43,654 nt of DNA from Craspedostauros australis. Taxonomy: Eukaryota. This document shows, piece by piece, positions 43,500 through 43,654 of the stretch; the stretch's first letter is position 1, and every line of letters begins with the position of its first letter. The stretch lies in the NCBI GenBank assembly GCA_030167865.1, contig JALAGF010004047.1, forward strand, positions 1-43,654, given 5' to 3'. The position numbers and the translations under genes are program-made. The notes below the pieces were generated by a model that did not search any database, had not been told where the DNA came from, and saw only the letters and a program-made list of their open reading frames with translations.

Positions 43500-43654
43500 C
43501 ACTCCTGTGATGTCAATAGGGCCTCCTTGTAGGTCTTGGTCCTGTTGTCAGCATTGGATTTGAGGTTCAGGATGGCGTTCCGGAATTCCCGGAACTTGGA
43601 CCCTTGTAACGGCTTTGTGAAGTAATCACCGATCATGTCGTCTGTGGGACAGTA
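43343..43654 (-). CDS. Copia pol, partial (RNase H C-terminus), reading into the LTR
   Basis: MIGDYFTKPLQG corresponds to the copia ADxFTKPL motif; open from the window edge. Confidence 0.85.
   Translation of the reverse strand, partial: YCPTDDMIGDYFTKPLQGSKFREFRNAILNLKSNADNRTKTYKEALLTSQECVGTAGARGWQESAQRPGDDRNDRDGAKRQDGRTNHGHTRESQPTANNKTKP

Larger units (their letters stand above)
43224..43654 (-). mobile_element. 3' end of a Ty1/copia (CoDi-like) LTR retrotransposon, extending beyond the window
   Basis: RNase H C-terminus YCPTDDMIGDYFTKPLQGSKFREFRNAILN, a short purine tract CAGGAG, then the LTR. Confidence 0.9.

Overview
Eukaryotic nuclear DNA with GT-AG introns, most consistent with a diatom (inferred from an ASAFAP-type plastid targeting motif, receptor cyclase-PDE fusions and a CoDi-like copia element). 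The left part (1-14.3 kb) is compact housekeeping DNA: a hypothetical membrane protein, an AAE17/18-type acyl-CoA synthetase, SRP receptor beta, IBA57/CAF17, an unusually extended phosphate-carrier (MCF) protein and a 2-exon NDUFA4/B12D-like gene. The middle (15.3-26.1 kb) holds two tandem 2-exon receptor genes (TM - CHASE-like - TM - class III cyclase - PDE); the 21860-26131 copy lacks a PDE metal ligand. The right part has two hypothetical genes, a P-loop NTPase plus putative PD-(D/E)XK nuclease (Crinkler/RHS-like), and the 3' end of a Ty1/copia element inserted at the catalytic Lys codon of a FabI-like gene. Best candidates for something new: the plastid/Tat-signal, GxGY-repeat, phosphate-carrier fusion; the intact/pseudo-PDE cyclase pair; and the CR-type NTPase-nuclease. 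All calls come from motif recognition by eye; no searches were run.
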